Assembly (NCBI GenBank): GCA_963735805.1
Contig: CAVTMK010000002.1
Coordinates: 1,653,875-1,717,874 of the forward strand
Source: an uncultured Verrucomicrobiae bacterium
GTDB taxonomy: Bacteria; Verrucomicrobiota; Verrucomicrobiia; Chthoniobacterales; UBA10450
DNA length: 64,000 nucleotides
Reading direction: 5' to 3'
Part shown: piece after piece, positions 38,530 to 49,177 of the stretch
How positions within the stretch are numbered: position 1 is the stretch's first letter
Layout: each line of letters starts with the position of its first letter
Notes under the pieces: model-generated
Told to the model about the DNA's origin: nothing
What the model saw: only the letters and a program-made list of their open reading frames with translations
Database searches by the model: none
Made by a program: the position numbers and the translations under genes

Positions 38530-40902
38530 ATGTCCGTTGAGAGCAAGAAAGAGATCCAGCTTGAGATCGCCCATGTCTTATTCATCGACATTGTTGACTA
38601 CTCGAAGCTCTCGGTTAACGAGCAGCGCGCCCAGGTTGAGGAACTGAACGAGATCGTTCGTTTGTGCGAGCAATTCCGCAAAGCAGCGGCGGCCAACCGC
38701 CTTTTAAAGATCCCCACCGGCGACGGCATGGCGCTGGTTTTCTATAAAAGTCCGGAGGAACCGGCGCAGTGTGCAGTAGAGATCGGCCGCGCGCTCAAGG
38801 ACAATGCGCGCCTGCAAGTTCGGATGGGCATTCACAGTGGACCGGTCGGTGGTGTCGTGGACGTGAACGAACGCACCAACGTAGCCGGAGCCGGCGTCAA
38901 CATGGCGCGACGTGTGATGGACTGCGGCGACGCGGGGCACATCCTTCTCTCACATCATATCGCTGAAGATCTGGAAGGATACGAAAAGTGGCGACCGCTA
39001 CTGCACGATCTGGGTACATGCGAAGTAAAGCACGGGGTGCAGGTAGCCATCGTTAATCTGTGGTCCGATGACGTGGGGAACCCTCAACTCCCACAAAAGT
39101 TTCAAGCTCTCAGGAAACACCACAGCCGAGTGCGCTGGGCCGAAATGGCAGCTGCGGTGCTTTTACTCGCTGGCATCGCAGCTGTTTTCGTTCTCATTTC
39201 CAAGAAATCAGCCAAATCGACGGCAATTGTTCCGGAAAAAAGTATCGCGGTGCTTCCCTTCGAAAACCGTAGCGAGGAAAAAGACAACGCTTATTTTGCC
39301 GAGGGCATCCAGGATGAGATTCTGACACGCTTATCGAAGATCGCAGACTTAAAGGTGATCTCGCGTACGTCGACACAGCGCTACAAAAGCGTGCCGGAAA
39401 ATCTGTCTGAGATCGCAAAGCAGCTTGGAGTAGCGCACATCCTGGAAGGAAGTGTCCAAAAGAGCGGCGATGTAGTCCGTGTCAACGTGCAACTAGTCAA
39501 AGCAGCCAATGACTCCCATTTATGGGCAGATACCTTTGATCGAAAATTGACCGACCTCTTTTCCGTCGAGAGTGAAGTGGCGAAAGCCATAGCCGAGCAA
39601 TTGCGCGTCCATCTTACCGGTCAGGAAGAGCAAGTCATTGCCGCTACACTCACAGACAATCCCGAAGCTTACGATGCCTACCTACGCGGCTTGGCTTACA
39701 ACGTGAAAACGGTATATACGCCCGCCAATGCACTTGGCGCGCAGAAATACCTGAGAGAAGCAGTGCGATTGGATCCGAAGTTCGCGCTTGGTTGGGCGCT
39801 ACTGTCAATTGCAGACGCACGCGGCTACATCACACAAAGTCTTCAACCTACTGTCGCGCTATGTGAAGAGACACGGCAAGCAGCGGAAACCGCGCTCGCT
39901 CTTCAGCCCAATCTCGGCGAGGCACTGCTTGCCGCGGGAAATTACTACTACGCCTGCCTAAGGGATTACGATACCGCGATGCGTTTCTTGGAACGGGCAC
40001 GTCGGCTCCTACCGAACAGCAGCCAGATTTCTTCGTTGCTGGCCTCTCTCGCGAGGAGACGAGGCGAGTGGGACCGGAGTGAGTCGTATTTCAACCAAGC
40101 CGAGCGGCTCGACCCTCGCAACGTCAACCTGCTTGGACAGCATGCTCAGTTGTATATCGAGCTTCGCCGTTTCCCCGAAGCACTGCAAAAGTTTGACCAG
40201 ATTCTCGAAATTATGCCAGGCGACGTCGATACCATCGCGGCAAAGGCGGCTATCGCACAAGCTGAGGGCGATCTGCCGCGAGCCGCCACGCTCCTCGCTT
40301 CGATCCACCCGCCGGCGGACGACCCCCAGGCGTTGGAAACACAAGTTTACCAAGCGATCCTGGAGCGACGTCCTGCGCCGATGATAACTCGGCTAAAGGA
40401 GATATTAGCCAAGCCCGATCCGGCGTTGGGTTCTATTCCTGGCGAACTGCGCTTTTATCTTGGCTGGGCGCAGGAAGTTGCCGGCGATCGTACCGCTGCT
40501 CAGGAGAGCTGGCGACAGGCGCGCAACGAACTGGAGTCTTTTCTGAAAGAACAGCCGGAAAACTTTGGCCTCATGGGGTATCTCGCGCTGAGCAGCACGG
40601 GCCTTGGTGACAAAGCCGCCGCATTCAAACTGATCGAGCAAGCGAAGGCTGTGATTCCGATCGAGAAAGATGCCGTACAGGGTCCTATTCCGATCGAGTT
40701 CCTGGCCCGGGTATCGGCGCGCATGGGAGAACCCGACCGCGCAATCGCGGCACTAGAGAAACTGCTCTCGATACCGTACGATGGCGCACTGGCTCAGAAC
40801 GTACCACTTACTCCTGCGCTACTCCGGCTCGATCCGATGTTCGATCCCTTGCGGAACGATGCGCGCTTCCAATTGCTCCTGTCGGGCGGGGCGAAACAGT
40901 GA
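38530..40902 (+). CDS. Class III nucleotide cyclase-like domain + TM + TolB-N-like domain + TPR protein
   Basis: VLFIDIV, TGDG, RMGIHSG, N.A.RV; TM; KSIAVLPFEN...YFAEGIQDEI; TPRs; DPMFDPLRNDARF. Confidence 0.88.
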   Translation: MSVESKKEIQLEIAHVLFIDIVDYSKLSVNEQRAQVEELNEIVRLCEQFRKAAAANRLLKIPTGDGMALVFYKSPEEPAQCAVEIGRALKDNARLQVRMGIHSGPVGGVVDVNERTNVAGAGVNMARRVMDCGDAGHILLSHHIAEDLEGYEKWRPLLHDLGTCEVKHGVQVAIVNLWSDDVGNPQLPQKFQALRKHHSRVRWAEMAAAVLLLAGIAAVFVLISKKSAKSTAIVPEKSIAVLPFENRSEEKDNAYFAEGIQDEILTRLSKIADLKVISRTSTQRYKSVPENLSEIAKQLGVAHILEGSVQKSGDVVRVNVQLVKAANDSHLWADTFDRKLTDLFSVESEVAKAIAEQLRVHLTGQEEQVIAATLTDNPEAYDAYLRGLAYNVKTVYTPANALGAQKYLREAVRLDPKFALGWALLSIADARGYITQSLQPTVALCEETRQAAETALALQPNLGEALLAAGNYYYACLRDYDTAMRFLERARRLLPNSSQISSLLASLARRRGEWDRSESYFNQAERLDPRNVNLLGQHAQLYIELRRFPEALQKFDQILEIMPGDVDTIAAKAAIAQAEGDLPRAATLLASIHPPADDPQALETQVYQAILERRPAPMITRLKEILAKPDPALGSIPGELRFYLGWAQEVAGDRTAAQESWRQARNELESFLKEQPENFGLMGYLALSSTGLGDKAAAFKLIEQAKAVIPIEKDAVQGPIPIEFLARVSARMGEPDRAIAALEKLLSIPYDGALAQNVPLTPALLRLDPMFDPLRNDARFQLLLSGGAKQ

Positions 40903-41027
40903 AAGCTTGCGAGTCTAAAACAGAAGTCGTTCCGAATCCGGTCCCCTGTCCTGTTGCATCTTCCTTGGCCGCGAAACCGATGGGCGGATTTTAGCGTACC
41001 ACCGGCATGGACGTGGCGTGGCGATTC

Positions 41028-41378
41028 CTACTGATTCGCTGAGTATACTCCTTCGACGACCGGTGAATCTTGCATTCCCGTTTTGAACGCCATCGCTCTT
41101 AAGGTCCTTCCGTACACTGTAATGGCGTCCCCTTTCGGGCCGTTTATTATGTGCGGGCCGGTTGGCGTCGGCGGCTGAGAAGGGTCATCCGACCAGCTCA
41201 AAGAAGCTCCCAATGTTTTCGTCTCGATTGTGACCTTAATATCTTGTCCGGCGTGACCGCTCCCGTTTGGTGGAGTCAGCGTCGGTGTCGCGCACTGCGT
41301 GAATGCTTCCTTTTTTTCGCAAGCCGACAGAACTGTCAGTGCGAGGCCCGCACAAATAATGCTAGTTAGTATTTTCAT
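41028..41378 (-). CDS. Lipoprotein with a chitobiase C-terminal / Fn3-associated-like domain
   Basis: LSAC lipobox; ATPTLTP..G; TLRAMAFK.G..DS.V....Y. Confidence 0.7.
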   Translation of the reverse strand: MKILTSIICAGLALTVLSACEKKEAFTQCATPTLTPPNGSGHAGQDIKVTIETKTLGASLSWSDDPSQPPTPTGPHIINGPKGDAITVYGRTLRAMAFKTGMQDSPVVEGVYSANQ

Positions 41379-41550
41379 GTGTTTTCCTTGTTTGTGTGAA
41401 CAAGCCTTTCGTTCACGGTTAACCCTGCGTGAAGAGGGTCAGGTGGAGCTCTGGAAGTGGCCTAACGGACTTAGCGCGGTTCCAACTTTGCCTACCGCCG
41501 ATCCGCAGTGTCAAGATCATTCTAGCAGATCTCAGGCACCGGCTCCGAGT

Positions 41551-41620
41551 CTTTTGTTGTCCACGGGGCCACGACAAATGATATGAACAGGCGCAGGCAA
41601 CGTTCATGAATCGGGCTTCC
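41551..41620 (+). repeat. EEP promoter/5' stub B
   Basis: cttttgttgtccac...acgacaaaTGATATGAAC...ATGAATCGGGCT. Confidence 0.7.
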
Positions 41621-41741
41621 AATTTGAAAAGGGCGGCCCGCGACTGACTGGAAGGATGTCTTGGTGCGCAAAAAGCAAACACCCGCCCCGCGCTAGCGCG
41701 CCGGGTAGCGCACCATTACCAGCGAATCGTGGGAATTTTGG

Positions 41742-42017
41742 TTATTTTCCCGTCCGATGGCCGTAAATAGTCATCGAGGTGGCAGTGGTCGGAATTGCAC
41801 CAATCCGTTCACAAGGCTGCGGAATACGCGAATCGCCTTCCACCACGTAACACATTGTCTTTGTGGTGTTGGTCGCGGGCTGCGGCCGCGAGCGGACGAC
41901 TACGTTCTTGCTAGGATCAGAAGCAAATGCCGATGCGCAAAACGCGAGTGCGAGAAAGACGCCCACGCATCGAACCGACCAGCCGCCCCAGCGACTTGGT
42001 CTACCTGCTGTTTTCAC
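41742..42017 (-). CDS. Small secreted hypothetical protein
   Basis: GTG start; signal-like segment; two Cys; IPTT motif. Confidence 0.5.
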   Translation of the reverse strand: MKTAGRPSRWGGWSVRCVGVFLALAFCASAFASDPSKNVVVRSRPQPATNTTKTMCYVVEGDSRIPQPCERIGAIPTTATSMTIYGHRTGK

Positions 42018-42067
42018 GTAGTAATTGTGATGCCGCTTCGAATTTCGCGCAAGCCTAATTACCGACT

Positions 42068-42146
42068 TTCAAGTTCCGGAAACGCCGTCAGCTTTTCATC
42101 CGACCGAACGACAAACCGTTTTCCGTTGTCGCGATGTGCGTCAACA
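42068..42146 (-). repeat. Fragment of the 'DAHRDNGKRF' repeated small ORF
   Basis: VDAHRDNGKRFVVRSDEKLTAFPELE matches 55627-55881. Confidence 0.75.
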
Positions 42147-42233
42147 TACTAGCATTATTGGGCAGCAACGGCGCGCCTGGAGCAGCTACAGCCTTTCGCA
42201 AACGGCTTGGAACGCTCTAGCCCGATGAGCGCG

Positions 42234-43751
42234 TTATTCCAGATTCAGGTTCTCCCAATGAATCTGAATCGCGTTCCAAGCCGTTCCACAAAAATCCTGT
42301 TCGTCGTATTGATAGTTGAAAGTCACGTTACCAGACGCATCGAGGCCGACGATACCAGTGTAGAGAAAAGGGCCGCCAAGCGTGTAATCGATGAGGTAGT
42401 TATCTGGCGCATCTTCATAAACACTACTGCAGAACGGGCTATAAACACTCGGGTCAGGGTAATAATGCCAGATCTCCGTCGCCTCAAAAGCAGTGAGATC
42501 GATTGCATACTTGCGAGGGGCGCTGTAGTCGCGTGTCTCTCCCGGCGGTTGCTGAAAATTACTGCCCGCTCCATCATCGAAAAGGAGCAATTGATCGCCC
42601 GGCATGGACACAGCATGCTGACCGATCGGCGGCAATGTATTCGGAGCCAGGCTGAGAGAAAAGGCACGCAGCGACGGGAACTCGTACCAGTGCTTTGTCG
42701 AATCGCCCAGAATCCACTTGATGTTTCCAGAATCGTAATCAATCGCGATGACGAAGTTTTCCCGGCTGGAAACGATGAGCGAGTTATCAGAGCTACGGTA
42801 CGCCGTAGCGTTGTTATGAAACCAATCGGTAGGCGCGGGAAAGACGAATAGGCTCGGATCGTCCCCGCCAGCGATCATCGCCGCGCTGATGATATCCGCC
42901 AATTTCCAAGTCCGGAGCACATTGCCGTCGGCATCGACCTCCAGATCGACGCTCTCGGTCTGGTCGACGGTATCGACATCAACGATCATCCCGTCACGTC
43001 CTGGATCAATATTGTGATGGAACCCGGTGACCCCAATCCCGCTGTAGTCGGCCACGGGTGTCGTTATGCCGTAGAACTCAGTGCGAAGAAGCGACGTGCC
43101 GGAGGTCAGGTAAAAGGCATTGTCGAAGAGCATGCAGTTCTGCGCTCCAACCCCTGCCGTGCCGACCCATCGGATTTCACCGTCAGTGTCAATAATGATC
43201 GGTGTGTTATTTTGGGCATAACCCTTCAGCAGGATAAAATCGTAGCTTAGACTGCCTGGTAACCGCGGCTGAATAACGGTTGGATGGGAGTACGTCCCTC
43301 CGTCATAGGCAGGCGTCGTAATGGCGATGGAGAGTCTTTTGTAGCGGTGAACTCGACCATTGAAACCGAGATTGATCAAGACCCGGTTTGAGCGGCCAGC
43401 GTACAGACCGAAAACGGGGATCGTGACTTTGCCAGTTTGCGGATCGAAATAACCTCGAGCTTCCAAGTAAGATCGCGCATAGCGAACGTGGATTGGGCGC
43501 GTGTCTGACCCCGTCTTTGGAAAAATGAAGAACTCGGCGAACTCGAACCGAGCGACATCACCGACACCGGTGTTCACGAAATTGATGAATGGCGTTGGAC
43601 CTTCGAACACCTGAATATTTCCACCTATCTGCGCGGGCTTGGCTGCAACAGCAAGCACGCACAGGAGCGCTGCCACCGCAGCAATTAACCGCGCACTCGT
43701 GCTGTATACGGTTCGACAAACATGCGTTTGGTTGTTCTTTTGCGTTGTCAT
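42234..43751 (-). CDS. Aryl-sulfate sulfotransferase (ASST family)
   Basis: IPVFGLY...N N-terminal domain; D.DGEIRW; HH; DWFHNNA; SSRE; GQHA. Confidence 0.85.
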   Translation of the reverse strand: MTTQKNNQTHVCRTVYSTSARLIAAVAALLCVLAVAAKPAQIGGNIQVFEGPTPFINFVNTGVGDVARFEFAEFFIFPKTGSDTRPIHVRYARSYLEARGYFDPQTGKVTIPVFGLYAGRSNRVLINLGFNGRVHRYKRLSIAITTPAYDGGTYSHPTVIQPRLPGSLSYDFILLKGYAQNNTPIIIDTDGEIRWVGTAGVGAQNCMLFDNAFYLTSGTSLLRTEFYGITTPVADYSGIGVTGFHHNIDPGRDGMIVDVDTVDQTESVDLEVDADGNVLRTWKLADIISAAMIAGGDDPSLFVFPAPTDWFHNNATAYRSSDNSLIVSSRENFVIAIDYDSGNIKWILGDSTKHWYEFPSLRAFSLSLAPNTLPPIGQHAVSMPGDQLLLFDDGAGSNFQQPPGETRDYSAPRKYAIDLTAFEATEIWHYYPDPSVYSPFCSSVYEDAPDNYLIDYTLGGPFLYTGIVGLDASGNVTFNYQYDEQDFCGTAWNAIQIHWENLNLE

Positions 43752-43772
43752 AAGTAGTTGGGGATTGTCTCT

Positions 43773-43910
43773 CTTTTGGCGTCCACTCGGCAACGACAAA
43801 ATGATATGAACATGCGTGGGAAGCTCATGAATCGCGCCATATTCGCTCGACTCGCGTCCCTTGTCGTTGCCTCAACACCCGGTTAAGCGCCAGTGAAAAT
43901 CCGCATCACA
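43773..43910 (+). repeat. EEP promoter/5' stub C
   Basis: TGATATGAAC at 43802; MNRAIFARLASLVVASTPG*APVKIRIT. Confidence 0.75.
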
Positions 43911-44046
43911 GCGGTGTTGGACGGGAATGCGGAGCCTGGCGAGGCCGCGGTGTTACTCTAGAAATAGGTGTCGCGGATACCGTTGGACTAGGCGTCGGTG
44001 TTGCTCCGGATGACGCGCAATAGATCCCGCCGCTGTTCGAATAATC
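43906..44046 (-). pseudogene. 3' remnant of a secreted protein with a Pro/Thr/Arg tail
   Basis: Hand translation DYSNSGGIYCASSGATPTPSPTVSATPISRVTPRPRQAPHSRPTPL*. Confidence 0.65.
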
Positions 44047-44168
44047 GTTTACGTCAATTCCGCCCACACGAACATAAAATTTGTAAAATTTGTTGACGTA
44101 CGCCGAATGTTCTGACTAAAACGGCGTTCGCCGTTCGTATTGAAAACCTCCACTCACTTCCTCCACCT

Positions 44169-47100
44169 ATGAAAAGAAAAATCGTTGCGAACATATTCCT
44201 TAGCATTGGCGTGGTTTTGGCATTAGCGACTCTGCTGCCAATCAAGACGCTCATCGGTCAGGGTCAGCCTTCACAGGCAAGCAAGATGCTTACAAAAACT
44301 GTAAACATTGGGGCCAAGGGTATCACCCTGCGGTTCCCGGAGAATTGGTCGGTGGGGCAGCCGACTCTGAACTCGTGGGTGATCCTAAACGTGCCTGCTG
44401 ACCAGCTGAAGACTACCAAGCCCACGGTTCGAGTGGTGATCGGCTACCTGGACAGAACTGATCACGCCGATGCGGTGAGCCAACTCGCAGAGTATGCGAA
44501 GGAATCCAGTCAGCCCTCAACCTTCCTCGCCATCGGCGGCTGGCCAGCCTTGCAGCGCGTCCAGCTCGTCAAGAGACCTCAACCAGGCAACGCCCCTGTT
44601 TTCCCGGATCGTAACATGGTGCAAATCACAACCGCGGTCGCGGCAAATAACCTGCTCGTCCGCCTCGAGGGCGATCTGCCGTCCGATGCTGACCAGCAGC
44701 TAAAGGACCTGGTAGTGGCTATTGGCCAGAGCCTCATGTTTCAGTCAGTTGGCAACCCGGCGCAGGTTCAACAGGAACTGAACAAACTCCAGAGCTCGCC
44801 GGGGCGCCGTGACTCTCCGCAACCCCATGTTACCCCCCGAGAAGCAGCTACCAAACCTTCCTCGAGTCCTAAAGCCGCCAATGCCAGCGCGCCCATCTTC
44901 CCACCGGTGCAGCTTAACAACCTTGGGAACAACGGCGAACTCGAGATCGCAGTCTCCAACGATGGCGCCAACATTGTGGTCGCCAAGCAAAGTGGATTCG
45001 TCACGTCTAGCGACGGTGGCCGGACCTTCCCGTTCAGTGGCAATCTCCCAGTCAACGACGGTGATAGCTCCCTCGCGTTCGGGCAAAGCGGGAACTTTTA
45101 CCACGCAGCACTGGCGTGTTTCGGAGGTAGTTGCGCCGCACCTTGTCCAGCCAACAGCAACTGTGTCGAGATAGCCGCGTCTACGACCAACGGCCAGACC
45201 TTCGGCGCTCTGATTAACGCCGTCGTGTGTCCGAACTCGGGCTCGGGCGCTTGTAGCTCCGACCAGGAACACATCGCTTCTGACAGGGTCAATCCGGCCC
45301 CGGGGGGCGATGCCGTTTACATGGCGTTCAGGGACCTGAGCGGGAGCGCCAATGTTACCTGCTCGCCTGACAGTGGGGCGACTTGGGCGCCCCGGCTTGC
45401 CCTCGAGGGTGGTTCAGATTTTCCGAGGGTCACCGTAGGACAGGATGGGTTCCTCTATGTGGTATACCGGAACGGTGGAAACATCAGGATCGACAAGTTC
45501 AATGCCTGCACCACCTCGGGGACTCAGATGACGAGGGCCCCCGGTGGCTTTCCCTTCACAGTGAGCGGATTCACCGACTTCGCTGGCTGCGAGGTAATGA
45601 ACGGGTTTGGCGGACTTGACCGCTGCAACGACGGCAACATCCTCTCGAGTCCAACGGTCACTGTGGACGACACGACCGCGAACCACGTATACGTCGCATG
45701 GGCGAACAACACAGCTGCTAACAACGAAAACACCTTGGTGGCGGATTCTACCGATGGTGGTGTGAACTGGCGAGGCGCTGTTACCATCAACACGAACGTC
45801 ACGGGACGCCGGTTTATGCCTTGGGCCTGCGCCTCAGGTGGTAGTGCCTTCGTTACTTGGTATGACAGGCGAGCCGCCACAGCAACCAACAATGACTTGA
45901 CCGACTACTTTGCGGCAAGCGCTGGCCTTTCCGGGGGTAACCTCGTTCCCAACAACGACGAGTTCAAGATATCAACGACCTCGGACCCGCAGTGCAACCT
46001 GTGGCCCGCTGCGCCCCGTTCCACTTGGGACTCGGAAAACTGCTCGGTTCAGCCCGAGAATGCAGGCAGATGCAGCGTCTCCACAAATATACCCTGCGAT
46101 TTTAGTGGCGACGGGACTCAGTGCCCTGCTGGGGAGACGTGCCAAACTGGAGGTGGTGCCCCCAAGTATGGCGACTACAACGGCAACGCTTGCGTCCTTG
46201 GACGTTTTTACACAGTGTTCGCGTCGGGCGTCGGTCTAACCAGTGTCAGAAATTTTTTCCAGTCCTTTGTGGTAACCTCAACGCCTACCACGCTCACCTA
46301 CACCGGCGCTACTACTGGCGACTATCACGACGATGTTACTCTTTCGGCTATACTTACCCTTAGCGGAACTTCGGCGGGGGTGCCCGCCCAAACCATCACA
46401 TTCACCATCGGCGCACAGAGTTGCACAGGTATCACCGACGCCACCGGCGCGGCCTCGTGTGATCTCACGCTTAATCAGGTTCCCGGTCCCTACACGCTAA
46501 CCGCGAACTTTGCCGGCGCTGGTCTCTTCCAGCCGAGTAATACATCCACGCCATTCACTATTACCAAGGAGGAGACTACTCTCAGCTACACGGGCGATAC
46601 AGTCATAGCCAATAACACGACAGCGCATCTATCGGGCGTTTTACTCGAGGACGGCACGGTGCCCATCGCTGGCCGCACGGTTGTCTTTACATTGGGAACG
46701 GGCGGCACCGCGCAGAGTTGCAGCGGGGTAACAGACGGTACAGGTGTCGCCGCCTGCGACATCTTCCCGGTGAATCAGCCTTCTGGCGCGGGTGTTGTCA
46801 CCGCGAACTTTGCCGGGGATGCCTTTTACCTGCCGTCCTCCGCCTCGGATACCACGATCATCTTCGCGTTCCTCGATCACGGTTCGTTCGTGGTTGGAGA
46901 CGAGACAGACACAGGGTCCGTCGAGTTCTGGGGCCACAGCTGGTCCCGTGACAACGTGCTGAGTGGTGGGCCTGCCCCGGACAGTTTCAAGGGTTTCGCC
47001 GGCACCGTCAGTACCAACCCGCCCGTTTGCGGCGACACTTGGATCTCCAGACCGGGCAACAGCTCGAGACCGCCGGACATGCTGCCACCGTTTATGGGTG

Positions 47101-47306
47101 TCGTAGTTTCCAGCAGCATCACCAAGTCGGGTTCGACTATCTCAGGCGATGTACCGAAAATCGTTGTCGTTACGCCGAACCCCGGCTACGAACCGGATCC
47201 GGGCCATCCCGGCACGGGCACAGTGGTGGCAGTGTATTGTCCTAACGGTTCGGGTTCGCGTACAGTGCGGCCTCGACCGACTCCCCACCCTCGGCCTAAT
47301 CCCTAA
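44169..47306 (+). CDS. Large secreted Cys-rich protein: BNR/Asp-box propeller plus Ig-like repeats
   Basis: Signal peptide; S.DGG.TF/W Asp boxes; YGDY; two T.L.YTG...TD.TG.A.C Ig-like repeats; ends RPRPTPHPRPNP. Confidence 0.82.
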   Translation: MKRKIVANIFLSIGVVLALATLLPIKTLIGQGQPSQASKMLTKTVNIGAKGITLRFPENWSVGQPTLNSWVILNVPADQLKTTKPTVRVVIGYLDRTDHADAVSQLAEYAKESSQPSTFLAIGGWPALQRVQLVKRPQPGNAPVFPDRNMVQITTAVAANNLLVRLEGDLPSDADQQLKDLVVAIGQSLMFQSVGNPAQVQQELNKLQSSPGRRDSPQPHVTPREAATKPSSSPKAANASAPIFPPVQLNNLGNNGELEIAVSNDGANIVVAKQSGFVTSSDGGRTFPFSGNLPVNDGDSSLAFGQSGNFYHAALACFGGSCAAPCPANSNCVEIAASTTNGQTFGALINAVVCPNSGSGACSSDQEHIASDRVNPAPGGDAVYMAFRDLSGSANVTCSPDSGATWAPRLALEGGSDFPRVTVGQDGFLYVVYRNGGNIRIDKFNACTTSGTQMTRAPGGFPFTVSGFTDFAGCEVMNGFGGLDRCNDGNILSSPTVTVDDTTANHVYVAWANNTAANNENTLVADSTDGGVNWRGAVTINTNVTGRRFMPWACASGGSAFVTWYDRRAATATNNDLTDYFAASAGLSGGNLVPNNDEFKISTTSDPQCNLWPAAPRSTWDSENCSVQPENAGRCSVSTNIPCDFSGDGTQCPAGETCQTGGGAPKYGDYNGNACVLGRFYTVFASGVGLTSVRNFFQSFVVTSTPTTLTYTGATTGDYHDDVTLSAILTLSGTSAGVPAQTITFTIGAQSCTGITDATGAASCDLTLNQVPGPYTLTANFAGAGLFQPSNTSTPFTITKEETTLSYTGDTVIANNTTAHLSGVLLEDGTVPIAGRTVVFTLGTGGTAQSCSGVTDGTGVAACDIFPVNQPSGAGVVTANFAGDAFYLPSSASDTTIIFAFLDHGSFVVGDETDTGSVEFWGHSWSRDNVLSGGPAPDSFKGFAGTVSTNPPVCGDTWISRPGNSSRPPDMLPPFMGVVVSSSITKSGSTISGDVPKIVVVTPNPGYEPDPGHPGTGTVVAVYCPNGSGSRTVRPRPTPHPRPNP

Positions 47307-47428
47307 CGGCAATTTGCTTTCGCCACAGACGACTCTTTCGTGAAGTTACCGGTTCATTTCTTGATTAACCACTAATACCGTCGCAATGCAGATCAGATCC
47401 CATTTCCGCCACGCCATTAGGATGCTGT

Positions 47429-48958
47429 TTACCGTGTATTCAAAACTGTTTGCGGTGCAGATTTGCTCAGTCCAACGTGTGCGCTCACTTTTTGGATTTG
47501 CGCCGCCTGCTCGTCGAGACGCCTGGTGAGCTGCTCAACCGTTGCTTGGAAATCTTTCTGCTGCTGAGCCAGTGTCATTCTTAGCTGGCCGATGGTCACT
47601 TCCTGTTTCTCGACCTTGTGATGTTCTTTGAGGAACTCATTTAGCAACATCGCGTTCACCGCGTCGTATCGAACAGTGTAAAGCTCACCTTTTGCATCCC
47701 GAATCACCAAGTCGGGGTTTATTTTTGCAACTTCCTCCGCAATCAAACCGAATTGCGGTGTCCTAGTTTGGTCACTCTTGTAGTGGAAGGTAACCGGCTT
47801 AAGCGCCAGGATGGCTTCACTAGCATTTCCCATCATGGCAATGTCGTTCTTGAATCGCACGGACGAGCTGGAAGTACCGAGCTGTCCGTTTGAATCGATT
47901 ACGACTGGTGTTGCCTGCCCTACGGGTGTCAATCCGAAAATGTTGCCGATAAAGCAACTGCTACTTACATTTGCACCCGGGGCGCCGATAACAATGACGC
48001 TATTTGCATTGGTCACGAACTTGCCGGCGTTCGCTCCCAACGCAATGTTGCCGCCGCCACCTATGTTGTGGGACAGCGCTCCGTAGCCGATTGCGACGTT
48101 CGCCCCACCAGTAGTGTTGTTGAAGAGCGCTCCACTGCCCAAGGCCGTGTTAACGCCGCCGGCCGTGGTGTTATAAAGCGCTTGAAAACCAACGGCGGTG
48201 TTGTCATCGCTAGTCGCGTTCGTGAAGAGCGCCTCGGAACCCAACGCAGTGTTGTGCAGGCCGCTCGTATTGCTCGCTAGCGCTTGAAAACCATTGGCCG
48301 TGTTGTCGCCGGCGGTGGTGTTGTTAAGGAGTGCGAACGCTCCCGTGGCCGTGTTGTTCTGTCCCTCGGTGTTTGAGGCAAGCGCGTCTCCTCCATTGGC
48401 GGTGTTGTTCGTGCCGATGGTGTTAAGACCAAGCGCACCAAGACCGGTCGCCGTATTGTTATCTCCGATGTTGAGGTCAAGCGCACCAGCGCCGATGGCC
48501 GTGTTGCTGCTGCCAGTGGTGTTGTTAAAGAGCGCTTCCCGACCGACGGCCGTATTGCCGTGGCCGGTAATGTTCGAAAAGAGGGCGAACGTTCCGTCGG
48601 CTGTGTTGAAGTTGCCGGTGGTGTTGCTAAAAAGCGCCCCCGCACCGGTGGCCGTATTTTCGTCTGCGGTGTTGCTAAAGAGCGCCCCAGCGCCGTCAGC
48701 CGTATTATAGCTGCCGGTCGTGAGGCTCAGGAGTGCATATATACCAACGGCATTATTGTAGAAACCGGTGGTGAGGCTCCCCAGCGCCAGGTCCCCTTCC
48801 GCGGTGTTGCCTCCGGGATAGCCTCCGTCGGGCGGTGGGTTCACGGCACGCGCCATATCGGAAGAAACCAACCAGGCGATCATGAGCGGAATCACAAATA
48901 AAAGAGATCGGTCAAGTGAACGGTGAAGGTGAATTGTGGATAGAAATGGGGTGTTCAT
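47429..48958 (-). CDS. Secreted beta-helix repeat protein with a peptidase S74 intramolecular chaperone domain, paralog 1
   Basis: PPPDGGYPGGNTAEG; 14-aa NTA.G..AL..NTTG repeats; SS.RFK.DI, LKPVTF.YK, GLIAEEV; coiled-coil tail. Confidence 0.88.
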   Translation of the reverse strand: MNTPFLSTIHLHRSLDRSLLFVIPLMIAWLVSSDMARAVNPPPDGGYPGGNTAEGDLALGSLTTGFYNNAVGIYALLSLTTGSYNTADGAGALFSNTADENTATGAGALFSNTTGNFNTADGTFALFSNITGHGNTAVGREALFNNTTGSSNTAIGAGALDLNIGDNNTATGLGALGLNTIGTNNTANGGDALASNTEGQNNTATGAFALLNNTTAGDNTANGFQALASNTSGLHNTALGSEALFTNATSDDNTAVGFQALYNTTAGGVNTALGSGALFNNTTGGANVAIGYGALSHNIGGGGNIALGANAGKFVTNANSVIVIGAPGANVSSSCFIGNIFGLTPVGQATPVVIDSNGQLGTSSSSVRFKNDIAMMGNASEAILALKPVTFHYKSDQTRTPQFGLIAEEVAKINPDLVIRDAKGELYTVRYDAVNAMLLNEFLKEHHKVEKQEVTIGQLRMTLAQQQKDFQATVEQLTRRLDEQAAQIQKVSAHVGLSKSAPQTVLNTR

Positions 48959-49009
48959 AAAGGAGTCTTAAGAAATCCCCTGCGATTTTGCGACACAAAA
49001 AGCGCGTCC

Positions 49010-49161
49010 GTTTTGCTCTCCACATAGGAACGGCAAATGATATGAACAAGCGCAATGAAGCGCGCTTCAGTCGCTGTGTTGGCGTTGGTTGTCGCTGGCT
49101 CGGCGTTCGGTCAATCGCCAGGATCAGCTAAGATCCGCATCAGAACCTGGAATCTGGAATG
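49010..49161 (+). repeat. EEP promoter/5' stub D
   Basis: TGATATGAAC at 49038; MKRASVAVLALVVAGSAFGQSPGSAKIRIRTWNLE. Confidence 0.85.
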
Positions 49162-49177
49162 CGCAGCGGTTTCGTTA